A DNA stretch of 29,909 bases from a virus (taxonomy: Duplodnaviria; Caudoviricetes), in IMG/VR virus record IMGVR_UViG_3300017761_004738, positions 1-29,909 of that record, one strand, 5' to 3'. The position numbers were made by a program, and so were the translations under genes. Shown piece after piece: positions 26,480 through 29,909 of this stretch. The notes below the pieces were generated by a model. It did no database searches, was not told the origin of the DNA, and worked only from the letters and a program-made list of their open reading frames with translations. The first letter of the stretch is position 1. Each line of letters opens with the position of its first letter.

Positions 26480-26943
26480 TCCAAAAAAGTTGCAGTTGCG
26501 GGCGATTGATTCCCGAATGTACTGAGTTCAAGTGTGTTTGTGGTGCGGTCTACGGGGATAGGATAAAGATTCATAGCAAGACTATTGCAGTTGCTAGGGA
26601 AATCGCAGTTGTTAGCGGCAAGCGTCTTAATCCGTGGGAGGTTATTCATAGGCGATATGCGGCTGCTGTTGCGTCGGGTGTGTGGGATGAGGCGGTTGAG
26701 GCGGTTTGGTTGCGTTCTGAGTGGGTTACGCTCATCCCTAAGGCGTGTGGGTGTCAAGATAAGAGCGAGAAGCTAGAAGCGTTGCTATCGCGGATCGATT
26801 TAACAACGGCTGAGAGTGCTGAGAGGTCGGCTTTCGAGTTGCATAACTGGGTTAGCGTCAACCATGTTGATCCGCCTAAGCCTACGATTGATTGGGATGA
26901 GTATCGTGGGATTTATCCGTTGTTGGTGAATGGGGGAGTTTAA
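26470..26943 (+). CDS. Erv1/Alr-like sulfhydryl oxidase homolog
   Basis: WEVIH ... IPKACGC ... FELHNWV ... KP..DW matches the Erv order WxxxH / PCxxC / HNxVN / KP; N-terminal CSC, C, CVC. Confidence 0.65.
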   Translation: MRLIQKSCSCGRLIPECTEFKCVCGAVYGDRIKIHSKTIAVAREIAVVSGKRLNPWEVIHRRYAAAVASGVWDEAVEAVWLRSEWVTLIPKACGCQDKSEKLEALLSRIDLTTAESAERSAFELHNWVSVNHVDPPKPTIDWDEYRGIYPLLVNGGV

Positions 26944-28583
26944 TGCCTGCTGATGTGACAATTCTATTGCGTGGTGGGACTGCGGCTGAGTGGGTTGCTG
27001 CAAATCCGGTGCTTGAATTTCGTGAGGTCGGCGTTGAGACTGATACGCGAAAACTCAAAGTCGGTGACGGTTCAACGGTTTGGAATTCGTTACTTTATAT
27101 GGGTTCGGGCGGTGCTGATGGCGTTGACGGTAAAACGCTGCGCAGCGGATCGGGCGCGCCGGCTAGTGGGTTCGGTACTGATGGCGATTTCTACATCAAC
27201 ACTTCGGCGAATACAATCTACGGGCCTAAGGCGTCGGGCGCGTGGGGTTCGCCTACTTCGTTGATTGGGCCTGTGGGCGCAACGGGTGCTACTGGGGCGG
27301 CTGGTGCAACGGGCGCTACTGGTGCAACGGGTGCGGCCGGTTCTGATGGCGCTGATGGTGTAGATGGTAAAACGGTGCGCAATGGATCAGGCGCGCCATC
27401 AAGCGGGTTGGGGGTCGATGGCGATTTCTATATTGATACCTCGGCTATCGCAATCTACGGGCCTAAGGCGTCGGGCGCGTGGGGTTCGCCTACTTCGTTG
27501 ATTGGGCCTGCGGGCGCAACGGGTGCTACTGGGGCGGCTGGTGCAACGGGTGCGGCTGGGGCTGATGGTGTTGATGCTGATATGACGCGAACTAGCACTA
27601 GTTCGATTACTATCGGTACTGGTTCGTTGACGTTTGGCTATTCATCTTCGTTAAATCTAGGCTGGGTGGTTGGTACGCGCCTGCGGGCTGCGGCCAGTCC
27701 TACGGATTATGTTGAAGGGCCTGTTACTGCGGTTTCTTCGGTCAGTGTAACTATCAATGCTGATTACAAGGTTGGTAGCGGTACGTTTACAAGTTGGGGT
27801 ATTGGTATCGCTGGTGATCGCGGGGCTACTGGATCAGGCGGCGGGGGTGATACTTCACTAATTGGCGCGGCCAATTATGCGCGTTGCGTGATTTCTAACA
27901 ATGCAACCGATGTGACGAATGATATTGATTGCGCTGCGGGTACTGAGTGGGTTACGAACGGTACGCTATGGAAACCCGTTGCCGTGTCGGCGTTGACTAA
28001 GCGGCTTGATGCAAGTTGGGCGGTGGGAACGAATCAGGGCGGGCTAGATACGGGATCGAAAGCTAATTCTACTTGGTATTATCTTTGGGTCATTCATCGA
28101 AGTGATACGAGTGCTACCGATGTGCTTTTAAGCGCCTCGGCTACTGCGCCCACGATGCCCAGCGGATACGATTACAAGAGGCGTATTTGGGCAATAAAAA
28201 CAAATTCTAGCGGGGCGATATTAGTGTTTTCGGCTAGCGGTGATTATTGCGGGCTGAATGACTTATTTTTCGAGTTCTCCAACACAATTCCCCCTACATC
28301 GCGAACGGCTGTTACTCTTGGCGGAGTGCCTGCAATAGAGACAATCGCAAAGGTTTTGCTCCAAGCGTCCAATTCGTCGGCGGGTCGAACGGTGACGGTA
28401 ATGCATGGTAAGGCGAGCGGGACTAACATTGAGCTTTTCATTCGCGGCGCTAGTGCTGTCCAGGATTTTACGGGCTTAGTCCCAACTAATAGTAGCGGGC
28501 AAATACAGTGGCTAGCTAATCTGAATTCGGGTTGGACCGCTTTACAGATTCAGACGATGGGTTTTTACTTTTTGGATCGGTGA
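26943..28583 (+). CDS. tail fibre with Mtd/hyaluronidase-like N-terminal anchor and collagen-like repeats
   Basis: RGGTAAEW...NPVL...E.G.ETDT.KLK.GDG...WN.L.Y; (GAT)n triplets; duplicated G.GAP...G.DGDFYI...YGPK module. Confidence 0.9.
   Translation: MPADVTILLRGGTAAEWVAANPVLEFREVGVETDTRKLKVGDGSTVWNSLLYMGSGGADGVDGKTLRSGSGAPASGFGTDGDFYINTSANTIYGPKASGAWGSPTSLIGPVGATGATGAAGATGATGATGAAGSDGADGVDGKTVRNGSGAPSSGLGVDGDFYIDTSAIAIYGPKASGAWGSPTSLIGPAGATGATGAAGATGAAGADGVDADMTRTSTSSITIGTGSLTFGYSSSLNLGWVVGTRLRAAASPTDYVEGPVTAVSSVSVTINADYKVGSGTFTSWGIGIAGDRGATGSGGGGDTSLIGAANYARCVISNNATDVTNDIDCAAGTEWVTNGTLWKPVAVSALTKRLDASWAVGTNQGGLDTGSKANSTWYYLWVIHRSDTSATDVLLSASATAPTMPSGYDYKRRIWAIKTNSSGAILVFSASGDYCGLNDLFFEFSNTIPPTSRTAVTLGGVPAIETIAKVLLQASNSSAGRTVTVMHGKASGTNIELFIRGASAVQDFTGLVPTNSSGQIQWLANLNSGWTALQIQTMGFYFLDR
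27214..27550 (+). repeat. direct repeat within tail fibre: 27214-27313 vs 27451-27550
   Basis: 100 bp with one mismatch, 237-bp period. Confidence 0.92.
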
Positions 28584-28588
28584 TTTTC

Positions 28589-28966
28589 ATGGGCTATGCT
28601 GTAGTTGATTCAAATGGAGTTTATGCGGGTGCGTGGTCCAGTTGGATGAATCCGCCTAGGGAGTTGCTTGCGGGCGAGTCGGTAATTGAGTGTGAATGGG
28701 ATGTGAAGCTAAAACAGCCTATCGGCTTAACTGTTTTGGTCAGTGTGCGCAGTGTTCCTGCTTATGATTTCCAATTCCGTTTCACCGATGAGGAGTTGGT
28801 TGCAATTCAACTCTCAACTGACCCGACTACGATCAGAATTCGCACGATGTTGCAGACAATGCGCGATGATGTTGATTTAGATTCTGAGGATACTCAGCGA
28901 ATGGTTGGGTACTTGGCGGCGCAAGGGTTTTTGACTAAGCAACGTGCGGCTGATGTCCTGAGTTAA
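28589..28966 (+). CDS. tail fibre-associated/assembly protein
   Basis: follows the fibre gene; F..RFT..E..AI ... VDL.......V..L...G.LT..RA..VL pattern. Confidence 0.65.
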   Translation: MGYAVVDSNGVYAGAWSSWMNPPRELLAGESVIECEWDVKLKQPIGLTVLVSVRSVPAYDFQFRFTDEELVAIQLSTDPTTIRIRTMLQTMRDDVDLDSEDTQRMVGYLAAQGFLTKQRAADVLS

Positions 28967-29090
28967 ATGGCGGGCCGTTGGTTGAATGGTCCTATGACTT
29001 TGCAACCGTTCCGCGCTATAAGTACGTGATCCGAAGGGCTACTAGCGCTAGTTACTCGGTTGGTGGCGGCTCGCCTGTGTCAATTGGTTT

Positions 29091-29146
29091 GATCGTTGGC
29101 GCGTTGGCTGGTGGGCAGTTGCAAGCGGCGGCGGGGATCGCTTGGC
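29091..29146 (+). repeat. 56-bp fragment homologous to tape measure gene 22916-22971
   Basis: 50/56 identity; all 6 differences synonymous (IVGALAGGQLQAAAGIAW). Confidence 0.9.
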
Positions 29147-29414
29147 GGCGGCGTTCGGGCCTGATGTGTGGAATGAGTCGAGTGAGCGCGTTTGGTTGCG
29201 TTCTGAGTGGGTTACGCTCATCCCTAAGGCGTGTGGGTGTCAAGATAAGAGCGAGAAGCTAGAAGCGTTGCTAACGCGGATTGATTTAACAACGGCTGAG
29301 AGTGCTGAGAGGTCGGCTTTCGAGTTGCATAACTGGGTTAGCGCCAACCATGTTGAGCCGCCTAAGCCTACGATTGATTGGGTTGAGTATCGTAGGCTAT
29401 ATCCGGTTGGCTGA
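29142..29414 (+). pseudogene. 5'-truncated second allele of the Erv-like gene
   Basis: 29190-29393 matches 26704-26907 with 5 mismatches in 204 bp; lacks the WxxIH helix and N-terminal cysteines. Confidence 0.8.
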
Positions 29415-29425
29415 TCGTTGGCGGC

Positions 29426-29662
29426 TTATTCGTTTTTCTTGCGGCCTGGGCGGATTCGTTCGCTGAGTTTCCTTTTGGTTTTGGCTGGGAGTAGTTCCAA
29501 GCCTGCTAAGCCTAAGAATTGAGATAGATTCAATCCTCGGCGCTCAGCCTCAGCCTCAAAGGCTTGCCACCAATCGGCGGGCTGGGTGATGTTTTTGCGG
29601 ATTGCTTCGGGTGTGTCGGTCATTGGTTCGCTTTCGGTTAGTGTTTGGGTTGCTTCGGTCAT
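29426..29662 (-). CDS. ribbon-helix-helix-like DNA-binding protein (alternative start 29623)
   Basis: RKNITQPADWW.AF..EA.RRGLNLSQF; basic GRKK tail; GAAAG upstream of both ATGs. Confidence 0.7.
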   Translation of the reverse strand: MTEATQTLTESEPMTDTPEAIRKNITQPADWWQAFEAEAERRGLNLSQFLGLAGLELLPAKTKRKLSERIRPGRKKNE

Positions 29663-29686
29663 TTGTTCGCTTTCGGTTAGGGTTTG
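29616..29686. repeat. 32-bp direct repeat (39-bp period) duplicating a translation start region
   Basis: TCGGTCATT(G/T)GTTCGCTTTCGGTTAG(T/G)GTTTG at 29616 and 29655. Confidence 0.85.
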
Positions 29687-29688
29687 CT

Positions 29689-29880
29689 TTATGTTGCTGC
29701 GTGGTTGATGTTTTTTGTCGGAAAGTATGGGCTGTTGCCTGCTTTAACCTCGGGGCATTCTTTGTTTAGTTTCTCACACTGAGCTAACGCCGCTTTGCGG
29801 CTCGGGAATTCCGTTGGTTTGTTCGTACTGTCCCATCGGCTCCCGATGTACCATGTTTGGGCGGTCGTTTTGCTTTTCAT
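29689..29880 (-). CDS. small hypothetical protein
   Basis: GAGG SD upstream on the minus strand; 63 aa ORF. Confidence 0.7.
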   Translation of the reverse strand: MKSKTTAQTWYIGSRWDSTNKPTEFPSRKAALAQCEKLNKECPEVKAGNSPYFPTKNINHAAT

Positions 29881-29909
29881 TTTTAACCTCGCTGTTGGCT
29901 GCGTGGGCG

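Noticed and set aside
300-29243. Many minus-strand ORFs and overlapping plus-strand alternative-frame ORFs in the track
   Set aside because: They are shadows of well-supported + strand genes, with biased Arg/His/Asn/Pro composition and no motifs; the LLTW repeat ORF 10642..10989 is the antisense of the tandem repeat
28978-29262. Functional 94-aa gene
   Set aside because: It is a chimera: in frame with the tape-measure fragment, then out of frame across the Erv-like fragment; no convincing SD
26704-29393. Diversity-generating retroelement TR/VR pair (26704-26907 vs 29190-29393) near an Mtd-like fibre
   Set aside because: The 5 mismatches (T/A, C/T, T/C, T/G, A/T) are not confined to adenines in either copy, the repeat is not in the fibre C-terminus, and no reverse transcriptase is in the window

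Overview
The window is a 29.9-kb slice of a lambdoid-type, long non-contractile-tailed phage or prophage. It is almost wholly + strand and strongly G/T-skewed. The host is probably a Planctomycete, inferred from recalled repeat motifs and protein styles and not verified. Gene order: partial N4/N6 methyltransferase; replication module (initiator with internal iteron-like repeats, G39P/P-like protein, Dam-like methyltransferase); stand-alone WYL protein and Zn-ribbon regulator; a cluster of secreted, lipoprotein and membrane genes; DUF4406-dATP/dGTP diphosphohydrolase fusion; terminase large subunit; RusA-like nuclease; metallophosphoesterase; HExxH protein; lambda-like head genes (gpW-like, portal, S49 protease/scaffold, decoration, major capsid); tail genes (tube, frameshifted chaperone pair, tape measure, tip proteins, collagen-like fibre); two convergent minus-strand genes. 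Highlights: (1) an Erv/Alr-like sulfhydryl-oxidase gene coupled to an 18-Cys tail protein, a candidate phage-encoded disulfide pathway; (2) a mosaic of fragments that look taken from a related phage's late genes, facing convergent transcription; (3) a 19-bp dyad repeated ahead of both late gene blocks; (4) a ~200-bp dual-coding -1 frameshift overlap; (5) two related 12-bp repeat arrays 9 kb apart. All product calls come from reading motifs by eye; no database searches were run.
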